64,000 nt of DNA from Basidiobolus meristosporus CBS 931.73 (taxonomy: Eukaryota > Fungi > Basidiobolomycota). Made by a program: the position numbers and the translations under genes. Within the stretch, counting starts at the first letter, position 1; the number at the start of each line of letters is the position of its first letter. The notes beneath the pieces were generated by a model. It made no database searches. It was not told the origin of the DNA and saw nothing but the letters and a program-made list of their open reading frames with translations. The stretch spans positions 55,474-119,473 of the forward strand of contig MCFE01000240.1 in assembly GCA_002104905.1 (NCBI GenBank). Reading direction: 5' to 3'. This document shows, piece by piece, positions 11,906-23,383 of this stretch.

Positions 11906-13485
11906 CTTACTGGCTGAGTAATACAGATGATTATGTGAGAGTTCCCATCAATTGTTGAGACTGAAGTTGATTTGGTGGGTTCCAAGTTAATTACAGCTTT
12001 CAAGTAAATTGCTCTGGCATGCACTCATTCAATGCTCCTGAGTCAATCATGATCTTGGCAGGTACTCCATTGATTACTCCATTCAAGTATAATAGCTTTC
12101 CTGAGTGTGAGATCATCTGGGATAGGTATTCCTCTGTCATACAGAAGGTGAGTTCTAAGTCTTCTTCAAGTTCATCCTCCATGTTACTATGCTCCATGGA
12201 CTCAATAAGGTTAAAGGCTCTTGATGGCTGGTTCCATTTCTTCTCTGAGGGCTGTACTTTGCAATATGCCCCTGCTGGTGGCAATTGAAGCAAGGTCCTT
12301 TCTTCTTACATTCTTCTGAGTTAGGAGTTTTCTGCATAGCATCTATTTCCATTGGCACTGCTTCTGATTATCTTCTTTGTAGTGATTGTAGCCTCTCCAA
12401 TTAGTCATTGTGGGCTTCCAAACCCCAAACATAGCTGAGTCATAATTGATGGCAATCTTGATGGCTTCTTCAATAGTCTGGGGTCTTCAATATTTCACTT
12501 CCTTACAAGTTCTTTCTTTCAACCCATCAACAAAGTATTCAACTTGATCCAGAGGGTCCATTCTTTCAATTTGCTTGAGTTGACATCTATATTCATAGAT
12601 GTACTCTTGGATCATTCCTTTCTGCCTGAGTGTCTTCAACTTTCTTCCTAGTAGTGTCTGTTGGTGTGGGGGCTCAAAGGCATCCTGAATTTCTGACACA
12701 AACTCATCTCAGGTAGAGATTATAGAGCATCCCATCATGGTGGCTGACCTGATCTTGTTGTGGTACCACTGTAAAGCTGCATCTGCCAGGTAAGAGGCTG
12801 CATAATTTAACTTGCATTCTGGAGCAATTCCCTTAGCCTTGAAAGCTGCTTCAATCTGGAAGAGCCAAGTTCCCAGGTTTTCATTGACTCTACCATGGTA
12901 CCCATTAACCTTCACACTAAAGTTGCTCTTGACAGGGTTTTGCTGGCTTTGGGCCATGGTAGTCATTCCTTGTTGCTGCTGGCTAATGATCTGGAGTAAC
13001 TGTTGCTGCTGGGCCAGGATTTGTTGCATAGCATTCTTCCATTCTTGATTTTTGGACATCTTGAAGGTAGCGTCTTCTTTCTTCAGGAGGGATGTTTCTA
13101 GTTATTGCTGCTGCCAATGTTACAAATCTTGGTATACAAGTTGTAGAGGAATAGGGAGTTTAGCTAGTATTGTATTCACTAAAGCTTGAACTGATCTTTT
13201 TTGAGATTCCAGCAGCTCCTTATATACATTTTGCCAGATCAATTGCTGACTAATTGTATTTCTTAGTGTAGGCTGTGGCGGATTACTCATTTGATTCATC
13301 ATCTTCACCCAATAAGATCCTACTTAATATATCTATTTCTGTCTGATAAGGATCTGCTGATTCATTTGCTGACTAATGCCACTGATTTGATAGATAATAC
13401 TGATATACTGATAAACTAAACATATAACTAATTGATTTGACTCAGAACTGATCAAACTTCAACATTCAAGCAGCAAATCATAACA
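11906..13485 (-). mobile_element. Inverted 5' half of gypsy G1 (LTR3 13118-13485, PBS, gag, N-terminal protease)
   Basis: Minus-strand ORFs 12709..13059, 12487..12699, 12155..12358 and 12000..12293 are almost identical to those in 6721-8550; lacks the 7225-7896 insertion. Confidence 0.95.
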
Positions 13486-13817
13486 TAAGGATGAATATCA
13501 ATGACAATGAAGATGATCTACAGGCCAATATATTTGGGAACTGCAAGTTTGTCCTTGTACTTGGAAAACCTGGCTATTTTGTTGTAATCCATCAATCAAC
13601 TGGAGAACCCAAGCTACTCAGATCCTGAAGGACAACAAGACCTATGAGCTATTACCTGCCAGACTAGATTTTAACTTGGTCAACTCCAGTGTGTGTGAAA
13701 CAAGTGAACTTAGCAAGACACAGTTCTGTAGAGCACTAAGAAAAGGCACCCAGATGCTCCTCATGGCAGTATTACAGGAGGATTCCTCTACTCCAGTACC
13801 CCAGAAGGTCAAGACTC

Positions 13818-14070
13818 TATGGAGTACCAGATGCATGTCTTCAGTCCTTTGGTTGTCTTACACATCATGCACAACATTGATCCAAAAAAAAGGTCAAAAA
13901 ATGGATTTTCTCCAACACAATGGGTGAAACACAGGGGCTGCTTTGCATGAAGATGCAGAGCTATGTTTCACACTCTGGTGCCAAGCGTAGGTCTACTATG
14001 CCTCTCTGGCATGCAATGGCACTATTTGGCACTCATGGCTCAATGTGGCACTATCCAATGGAACAAGTCT
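13818..14070. mobile_element. Right arm of a foldback MITE, ending GGAACAAGTCT with flank AGT
   Basis: Matches 41405-41657. The left part was deleted together with about 1.1 kb of gypsy RT. Confidence 0.85.
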
Positions 14071-15564
14071 AGTGTATGAGAAGGAGATGCTTGCTATAAT
14101 ACACTGTTTGTAGGCATGATAATACTATATTAAAGGAGTCAAATGCACCATGAAGACTAATGATACCCATCTCAGGTATATATCTACTCACAAGGTGCTC
14201 TCTAGCAGAATGACAAGATGGAGTCAATACACTCAGCAATTTGATTTGGGGATTGTCTACTGCCCTGGGAAAAACCCCACAGTTGCTGATGTCTGGTCAA
14301 GATCAGAACAAGTTGCACAACTTAACTTGGTGCCTGAGTCAGATTGGCTTAGCCTATCACCAAATTTCCTGAAGGACCAAGCCATTCCTTATGAGGTGGA
14401 TGAAGAGATCAAGAAGATAATCCAGGATGAAGCCAGCAAATCTGTGGTACAGGATGAAATACTCTGCCAAATTGTTGATGGAAGCCCTATTGCCTATTGC
14501 CCTTATGTTGCTTGCCTGGATTTGATACATAGGCTACACAATGCATATGGACATCTTAGAATTGAAGGAACCTATAGCCTTGTAAGAGCCAGAGCATGGT
14601 GGCCCAGAATGAAACAAGACATTGAGATGCTAGTAAAGACATGCCCAAATTGCCAAATCAACCAACACCAACCACAGAGAATTGCCAAACTCTTTCCCTT
14701 GGAGTCCGTAAGACCATTTGAAAGATGGGGAATTGACTTGATTAGAAGACTGCCAACTACCAGTAAATGCAACCTTTGGATCCTAGTAGCAATTGACCAT
14801 GCCACTAATTGGCAAGTGGCTAAAGCAGTACCTGTAGCCATTGAACAAGAAGTTGCAAGTTTCATCTACCATGAGATCCTTTTGAACCTTGCGTGCCCTG
14901 TAGAGTTTCTATCTGATAGAGGAGCAAACTTTATGGCAAAAACATTGGAAGCTTACCTGAAAATGCAGCACATCTGACCCATGAAAACCTTGGCATATCA
15001 CCCCAGAACTGATGGAGTCATTAAGCAGTTTAATGGATTATTTGGAAAAATGCTAGCCAGGTATGCCAATGGAGCTGTCAGTATATGGGATGAGAATATA
15101 GACCAGGCACTTTTTGAATGCAGAGTCAGAGTACACAAAATCACCCAACAATTGCCAATTTGCTTAGTGTATTGATGTGAACCAAGGATTTCAGGATATC
15201 TCACACAACCAAAGCTTACAGTCACCTTAGAAGTTGAATTTAGTCAGCCAAGTAGAGACCAGCAGCTGGAACAAAGATGTCAAGAGGCACAGGCCAGAGT
15301 ATCTCAGCATGCATGAAAGATGAAGCAGAGATTTGATAAGACTATATCACCAGAATTGTTGATAGTTGGGAACTAGGTATTAGACTTGTTCCGTTGGATA
15401 GTGCCACATAGTGCCAGCCTGTTTATAGTGCCGGATCGATCCGGCACCCTACGGCACCATCTGGCACTATAATTTCTACCATGATGCCAGTGGTATGATA
15501 CAGTTACTGGTAATTTTACTCAATCTTACTTATGTTGCTCAGAATAGTGCTTTCCTTGCTTTAT

Positions 15565-16449
15565 TTACTCTTCATAATGCTCCAGACACATTTCTCTCAG
15601 TGGATGTCTTCTTGTATGAACATACTGTGCATTAATAAGTATCTTAACTATTTTACCTATTCTGCTGTTTTCTCCTATATATGACTTTCCTCTGTATTTA
15701 CCTGCCAATATGCTGAATCTCTTCAGATATCCAAATGTGTGCTCTACCCTTACTCTGAAATGATTAAATATCTCATTGTAGAGCTTCTGCTTCCTGCTAA
15801 GTACACCATTCCTTGGCTTCCTATAAGCTGTAATACATCCTAATCTCTGACAATCCTCTCCTATATAAGCTAAGTCTGCCATACATTTCTCCCCTCTACT
15901 GAATTCAGGATGATTCTCTACTCAGAGTGCTTTGTCATGCCTACTTCCAGCAAATGGCCCACTAAACCAGATGATGTTACCCTCAATGTCAGACAGTGCT
16001 TGAAACTTCACACAGTGTGCCTTGTACTTGCCAGAATAAAAGTGTCTCTGCCCTCTAGAAGGTCTGTTAATCCTCACTGGGAAGGTATCCAAAATACTCC
16101 TGATATGGAACCTGTTGCTGAACACTCTGGGATATGGAAGTCTATTGGAGCTTCTGAACCTAGTATTCCAAGCTTGCTCTAAGTCATTCATACCCTCTGC
16201 AAGGTGGTTCTCCATTGCTGTCAGCTGGGAATGAAAGCTTCTAGGACTTTTGTTGCCATGGATGGTGGGATGAAACCTTGTAGGGCAATAGTTATTGTAA
16301 TAGCAGAGAAGCTTGACAAGAGATCTCCTTGAGTAGATTGGGGTTGATGGTCCACAGTACTTGGAATAGATCTCCTCTAGTGTGTCAAAAGGAAATCCAG
16401 TGGTAGTGATGGGATTGATGAGAAAAGACCATTCAGATGAGTAAGTCAT
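15565..16449 (-). pseudogene. DDE_Tnp_4-type (Harbinger-like) transposase, 294 codons, one TGG->TGA stop near 15922
   Basis: ILDTFPVRINRP...FYSGKYKAHCVKFQ...GPFAGSRHD; MADLAYIG; RVRVEHTFGYLKRF (D, D, E candidates). Copies 2 and 3 have W at the stop position. Confidence 0.92.
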
Positions 16450-16901
16450 ATTAAAATTGGTAGATGATCATATAAATGCGGTTTGAATCAATTTGGCGCA
16501 ATTCGCCTTATTTATCTGATTTTTAATACATTATGGTTAAATCTCCATCAATTGCCACGTATCCCATCATTATGTCGCAAAAATCATCCGCAAACAATGC
16601 CTTGATACTTTTATTGATGCTTTAATCATAGGTCTATAATCAAATAGGAAATCTGCGATTGATGTGATCTGATCCGTGTCAACATGATCCGAGATGCATC
16701 ATGCATAATATATGGAGATTTCAACAATCACATTAGTTTTCATATATATTTCATATAAGACCAGGTTGATGTCAATATACTGCTGTATAAGTATCCAAAT
16801 CCGTTGCTATGGTCCCCATACCAAGCCTCAACTCATCTTTAGTACAACCCAGACAAAACCCATCCCCCAGCTCACAAGCGCGGTCCGGACCGGAAAAGTC
16901 A

Positions 16902-18056
16902 ATGTCGGATCCATTTGAATTCTTGCCAAATGATTTTAGTATGGCCCAAGTGTCTATGATGAGCCTTCATACAGATATTTGGGCACTACTGATTAATCTA
17001 GCAGAACTAGATACCTCAGAGAGTCGACAAAGATGGAAGAATTTGAGTAGAAAGCTGTGGCATGAGTTCTACATCAAGATGCCAGCCGATGTATGTAAAA
17101 AGATATATAACAAGACAAGTATTGAAATCAAGAATGAGCTGAGAGTGAGGGGATTTGACAAAGAAGCCGCGCGGGAGCAATTTCGCGCGCAATTTGCACA
17201 GTACGGGCCGGACGCGTCTGTTTGTGCCTCAACTTTGGGAACCAAAGAGATTTTGAATGAGTTTTTGCCTCAAATGACTAATGTACTACGTGATATATTA
17301 GTAGAGCTAAGTGGCTTCCGAGAGCAATATACACAGGACTCATCCAGGCAACAGCTCCAAAGTATCAGACAGAGGGTAAGTGAATACCTTGAGGAATCAG
17401 ATGGTGAGCTTCAGGAGGAAGAATGCAGACCGCGAGCAACATCATCCAGATCGCACCAGCACGCCTCGCTGGATTCCCTACCATCTCTTGCAACCACAGC
17501 GCGCCAGCGCACGTCAGTCCAGAGTACGCCAACACCCTTTACCGGAACGCCCCTCCTCAAGTCAACGCGCGTCGGGTCAACGCGCGCGCTTCAGAGCAAA
17601 ACTACAAGAACTTGCCAAACTGCTCATTTAGACACAAGTCCATTGGAGCGGACCGAGTCACGTCAACTTGCAGCATCACATTGAACTCAGCCAAGGGCCA
17701 TCTCAACGCATCAAGGCGCGCCTGCGCGTGCCGTTTTGCCTGACCATCAGCAAGTTACTTCTGGTGAACTGACTGATGATGACCAACATGAAGTGCCTCA
17801 ACCACCAGAGCCCTTGGCAAGTAAAAGAACGTGTCAGCACGTGGCACCACAGGCTGGTTCAGTTGGTTCAGTCGGAGCGATTCAGCGCGGCCAAGCTGCA
17901 GCATTGCACTCATCAACTAGGAGGCAAAATACTGACTACAAATACACAAGTAGCCAAGATGATAGTCAGCCAGGAAGTAGTATAGGTGTGCAAAGTGAGT
18001 CACTACCAAATGCTTCAGTAGTAATCCCTGTGAGAAAAAAACCCAGGAGAAGATGA
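16902..18056 (+). CDS. Pangu-like ORF2, predicted two exons (16902-17375 and 17751-18056, 259 aa); possible Myb/SANT-trihelix-like N-terminus and C-terminal basic NLS-like RKKPRRR
   Basis: ORF track 16809..17684 and 17736..18056. Phase-0 GTAAGT donor at 17376; CTGAC-CAT-CAG acceptor ending 17750. W...RQRWKNLSRK motif. Domain call is inference. Confidence 0.65.
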
Positions 18057-19524
18057 TGTGATTGCTTTGAATCGCTCACATTTGTAATGATCCCGACAAC
18101 CCTTTTTTTTTGCGATCAGAATTGAGCCGTCGCAAATCAGTGATCATCAAATTTTTGATATAAGTAATATCAAGGTCGTCTCACATTTGAGACAGAACCC
18201 CTATAAATAAACACCCTGCATATATATACGTCATCTGTAATACCAGTGCAGCTATTGGATCTGTTTTGCACCTACACGATTGCTTGCGTGCTGGCTATGA
18301 CACCTTGTCCAATCACTAGGATCAGGGATTTACTTGCTCAATGAGCAAAATGAGATATTTAATGGCGAATCAGGTAGCTTTTTTGGTAGTCAATGAGCCA
18401 ATTGGGGGCTGCCAGCTTCAGGATACTTTTGGACCAATTAACCACTGAGATACCGTACAACTGGAGTGAGGGTAACCAAAATGGTAAGTATTAGTGTAGT
18501 TTATAGTGTGATACACATTTATTTCCATTTGCATTAAAGAAACATATCCAAATACCGGATTTTACCTGCTATAATAGCGGTATCCGATTGCGCACGTGAT
18601 GCAAACATTACAAGTTGGCGCAATCATCCGTTCCAACCTCATCGTGTCAGATTGCGCCATAGTGTGCAAGATCGTCCCGCATAGTGCAAAATTGTCCAAG
18701 AACAATCCTTCCTTCTGGTAGCTATAATATCGCACCCGATCGTTCTTTGCAACCGCAGATCACGCCGCACGCCCTGGCACGGTACGATGGAACAAGTCTA
18801 TTGCTGAGAAGCAATACTCAGAAGAAATTTGAGCCACAATGAACAGGACCTTTTAAGATCATCAGAGAATGTCCTTTGCAACTCACCAAGTAGTGGAAAA
18901 ACTAGGGAATATCTGGGACAATTTAGTTCATAGAGACAGACTCAAGCTTGCAAGACTTGCCAACAATACTCAACCATCAAGATATTGGCATCATAAGAAG
19001 AGATATTCAGGATAACCCTCTCAGCATTAGTAGGGGAGAATGTTATGATCTACTGCTTGATTCTTTAAGTTGGATCAGTGTTTAGTCATATCAACTAGGT
19101 ATATGTTTAGCCTATTGGTATATCAGTGCTATCTATTAAAACAGTAGCATTAGTCAGAAAATGAATCAGCAGATCCTTATCAGATAGAAATAGATTTATC
19201 AAGTAGGATCTTTTTGGTTGATGATGATGAAATCAAATGAGTCATCAGCCACAGACTACATTAGGATACACAATTAGTCAGCAACTGATCTGGCAAAAGG
19301 TATATAAGGAGCTGCTGGAACCTCAATAAAATCAGTTCAGTTTTTAGTGAATACAATACTAGCTAACTCTCTATTCTTTTAAAACTCTTATACCAAGACT
19401 TGCAATACTAGTCTACATAAGGGATGCTAACCCTACCACACTGCATAATGAAAACTCTCACAAAATGAAACAAGATCCAAAATTCTCCTCAAAACAAGTA
19501 AGATGGAGTAGGGAGTGGATAGGG

Positions 19525-22500
19525 TGTTGCAATTTAAGAAGTGATTTGGATGTAAGGAACTAATCCAGAATTAGTGATAATAGTTGAGCTATTGTTAATT
19601 CACAAAGAGGGTCAGTATTTATACCTTTGTAGAAGTGATACAGCTGTAATATTAAGTAAGGAGGGTTTCTAAATATTCAGGAGCATTCTGTAACAGTTTC
19701 AGGGTAAGTACATAATGTTTGGTAAAAAGTGCTAATTTGTTCTTGACTATAGGGGGATAGTCATAGGATCAAACATCTTAGGAAACCAACAAAGTTTGGG
19801 CTGTTACTTAGATCAACAGTGACCAAGACTAGTCTAGAGTGGTTGAATAAATTTTTGGCTGCTGAATGATATCAAATAGTCCACTGTTTTTATACTCCGC
19901 TTCATCTGAATAATTTCTTAATCCTAATTCCTCTCTGAGATTCTCAAATCATGTTCTAGCTAGTGGTTTTGTCAGTATATCTGCTACCATTTTGTCAGTT
20001 GGACAGTAAACTAACGCTACTAAGCTATCTCCTGCACCTTCCCTCTCAAAGTGGCAGTTGAAGATAGCGCCACAGTTGGTTGTTACTTGCAAATCAAGTA
20101 GTAGCTGCACCATCATAATGGACTACATTCCCAGTGGTAGAGCATCTGTCAATCGGATCCTTACCCCAATCTGAGTCACTATAACCATCAAGTTCTAGCC
20201 TATTAGCTGCTCCAGAGTATTCCAGTACCATATTTAACATACCTTGTAGATATCTGCAAATCCACTTATTTACTGTAATTTGATCAGATTCATAATTTGG
20301 CTTGAATTGTCTGACCATTCCTACTGCCACTGCAGTGTCAGGATGTGTAGACACCATCAAGTACATCAGGCTACCAATCATTGATTGATAGGGGAAGTTT
20401 TGGTCCATATTTAAGCCATTTTTACCTAAAACTGGCTGTGATTTGCTCAATTTTAGATTTTTGTCCCTAGCAGTAGTTGCAGGTTTGCAATTTTTCATTT
20501 TGAAGGGTCTAATAGTATCACTGATGCACTTTGATCAACCAGCAGCATTTTCTGGGTAGGTATGTCAAATTTGACTTCAATTCCATGAAAATAGCTCAAT
20601 TATCTGAGATCTTTCCTCTCAAATTTACTGAAGATATCTGATTTTGTCTGTTTAAGTGCCTGCTGGTCCCTTGTAGCAATTATTAGGCTGTCCACATAGA
20701 GAACTAGGATGATAACACCCTTTTTGAGCTGTTTCTCATATATATTGTAATCTGCAGTGCTGCAAGTGAATGCAATCTCCTTTAGATATATGTTAATCTT
20801 GTTGCACCATGCTCTAGGTGCCTGCTTAAGCTAATACAACAATTGCCTAAGTTTGCACACTTTATGGGGGCCTTTTGGATTGGTATAACATTCTCACTGC
20901 TCCATATATACATAGTTTCTTGCAAAACCCCATTTGGGAAAGCTGTTTTGATGTCCATTTGGTGTAGATCTAGACTGTACAGCTGTCAGGGCTAGAGTTG
21001 TCCTAACAGAGCTAAACTAGGCAACTAGAGCAAATGTGCCTTAAAGTCTGGTCCCTGGATCTGGGAATAGCCATGAGCACTAATCTAGCCTTATGCTTCT
21101 CATCAGTACCATTTGAGGTTATGCTGGTATTTTAGACCCATCTACATCCTTCTGGCTTTCTCCCATTTGGTAAGTCTACCAGTTCCCATGTCTTTGCCTT
21201 GATCAGTGATGGATATTCCTGCTGCAAGACTTGCTGCCACATAGTAGCATCTGGAGCTTGCATTGCTTGTTCCAGATTCTGAGGTTTGGCACATAAGGCA
21301 AGATAAGCTTCTTCATGATCATTGGATGTCTGCCACCAGGATCTAGGGGCATTTCTTATTCTTGTAGATTTACTAACAGAGATAATCTGTTCTGATCTGG
21401 AACTGGCAGAATTATCTTCCATACCTGGCTGAATTAGGTATGTATTTTCTTCTTTAGTGCTGATTACATCATCAGGCAGCTGGCCAATAACTTCAGAGGC
21501 TTCTTGATCTGCATTCCCCTGATATAAAACATCCCTGCTCTTGATCAGCTTCTGAATTTTGCCATCATACACTCTGTGACCTTTAGTATCATTGCAATAC
21601 ACAAGAAAGATCCCTTTTCTACTCATTGGTTCCAGCTTTGAGTGTTTTTTGTCAGTGATGTGACAAAAGACACCACTGCCAAAGATCCTGAGGTGTTGAA
21701 GGTATGGTTTTTGCCTGTATATGCTTCTAGAGGTGTAGAATCACACAGTACTGTTGTTAGGCATCTGCTCTTGATGTACACAGTCAAGTTGTCTTCCTTG
21801 TTTTCAAAAGAAAGCATGAGTGACTCATACTTCTCTGGTAGGCTCCAAAGCAAACAGTGTATCTTTTCTTTCTTATCTACAACAGCATTATTACTGCAAA
21901 GCTCTTCTGCAAGTGTCTCCATGGTGGTAATGAGTTGTAGCATGTCATCATCTGGCTTCTTCCCTATGTTAAATAACTTTTGCTTCAAATAATGCTTACT
22001 TGATACTGACTTTGCTGTAAAGATCTTCACTGAGGATTCCCATGCTGCTTTGGCAGTATTTGAAGCATGGATTTGTACAATGAAGGAATCTTGCACATTG
22101 ATACATATGGCATTAAAGGTCTTTTCTCTTTCTCTTGACACTGCGCAACTTCTTCTGCTGTTCCCTTGGGCTCAACCTCTTTTCCTGTTACTATAGTCAA
22201 AAGCATTCTTTCCTCAAGGTAGATCTGCATTGTGATTCTCCAAAGTCTGTGATTCTTCCCATCAGACTTCTCCTTTAAAGAGAAGTGTTTGTATTGTTTG
22301 ATTTGCTGGTTGAAGTCATCTTTAGAATAAACCAAGGAAATTGGGGCTCATAACCTGTCACAATTTAAGAAGTGACTTAGATATATGGAACTAATCAAGA
22401 AATATTGCTAATAGATGAGCTGTTGTTTATTCATAAAGAGGTTAGTATTTGTACCTTTATAGAAGTAATACAGCTGTAACACTAAGTAAGGGGGTTTCTC

Positions 22501-22723
22501 AACATTCAGGAGCATTCTGTAACAGTTTCAGGGTGAGTACATAATGTTTGGTAAAAAGTGTTAATTTGTTCTTGACCATAGGGGAATAATCATAGGATCA
22601 TAGATCTGCAGAAACTAACAAAGTTAGGCCTGTAAATTAGTCCTACAGTGACCAAGATTAGCCTAGAGTTGTTAGGTAAGTTTCTAGCTGCTGAGTGATA
22701 CCAAATAGTCCAATATTATGACA
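19525..22723 (-). mobile_element. Ty1/copia family B, degraded copy with a gag-to-integrase internal deletion
   Basis: LTRs 22356-22723 and 19525-19894; PBS GGTTATGAGCCC at 22344-22355 (minus); ORF remnants 21623..22335, 21132..21626 and 20094..20498. Flanks TAGGG/TAGAC are not a clean TSD. Confidence 0.9.
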
Positions 22724-23383
22724 TAGACCTGTAGCAGAGACCTATATATCAGATCAGCTTTATGCTTGTAGCAAAGCTGCTCAAGCCCATCACAAGGTCC
22801 TTATTCAGATGTTGTAGATGTGCTATATTGGTTGTGGTGATCTGCCTTAGGATACATATTTTTACTATCCACATGTGACCCACAATACCTCCACTGTATT
22901 CAGGGTAGAGATTACTCTCAGAATCTACCTGAATAAGTATATATATCCAGCTTATCCTGTCCTTGCACTTGTATTGTTGTGTTTGTATATGAAGATTCAT
23001 TGGAGCTTGTGCAAAGTACATTGAGTGGCAGATGATGTGCAATTTCTTGCTAATTCTTTCAAGTTTTTCTGGTGTTTCAAAGCATGCATTTGGCTTGAAA
23101 TAGCCTGTGCCCAGCTTGGTCACTTATAGTGTGATATCATTGGAGAGCAAGTGCATTGCCCTTGTTGAAAAGTTTTTGCTACAACATATTGCCAGTATCT
23201 CATATTTCATTGGCTCTTGATTAATTTAGTATTCTAGGCAGTGGCTTATATCTTGCCAGCTTTGAACCACATGTATGCAGACATCTGTGCATTCTCTCGG
23301 CAGAATAAGTATGCTTTTAGTATAGGTGTTTGAGTATTAGCAATGTAGGTTAGTTATGTAGAAAATGCTTTGGAGCTTGCACA
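22724..23383 (-). pseudogene. CACTA-like transposase C-terminal relic
   Basis: 22749..23123 MTKLGTGYFK...QQYKCKDRISW matches MTKLYMGHFK...QQYKCKDWVNW at 39709..39984. Confidence 0.75.

Larger units (their letters stand above)
15382..18799. mobile_element. PIF/Harbinger-superfamily (PHIS, Pangu-like) DNA transposon, copy 1 (3418 bp), TSD ATT
   Basis: TIR AGACTTGTTCC at both ends; ATT at 15379-15381 and 18800-18802; gypsy integrase continues across the site; two divergent genes. Confidence 0.93.
13486..19407 (+). mobile_element. 3' half of a second gypsy G1 copy (protease C-terminus, RT deleted, RNase H end, integrase, PPT 19032-19040, LTR4 19041-19407), interrupted by a MITE arm and by Pangu-like copy 1
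   Basis: 13486-13820 matches 8549-8880; 14071-15381 matches about 9989-11290; 18800-19040 matches about 11295-11538; ORF 14150..14977 has GHL...CPNC, IDL and SDRG. Confidence 0.92.

Noticed and set aside
11906-13485. Inversion as an assembly artefact
   Set aside because: The arms differ by substitutions and a 672-bp insertion, and the junctions coincide with LTR tips and a 4-bp duplication. Reads should still confirm it.
18200-18550. Third gene in the Pangu-like element (TATA-like at about 18201, ATG-GTAAGT at 18481-18489)
   Set aside because: Only a 35-codon ORF was found and no convincing spliced frame; needs RNA evidence.
6291-19412. TSD around the whole gypsy complex, and around copia 19525-22723
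   Set aside because: Flanks GATG/CTAG and TAGGG/TAGAC do not match, so none is claimed.
19408-19524. Short unassigned spacer between gypsy LTR4 and copia B'
   Set aside because: Too short, with no homologue or motif I can support.
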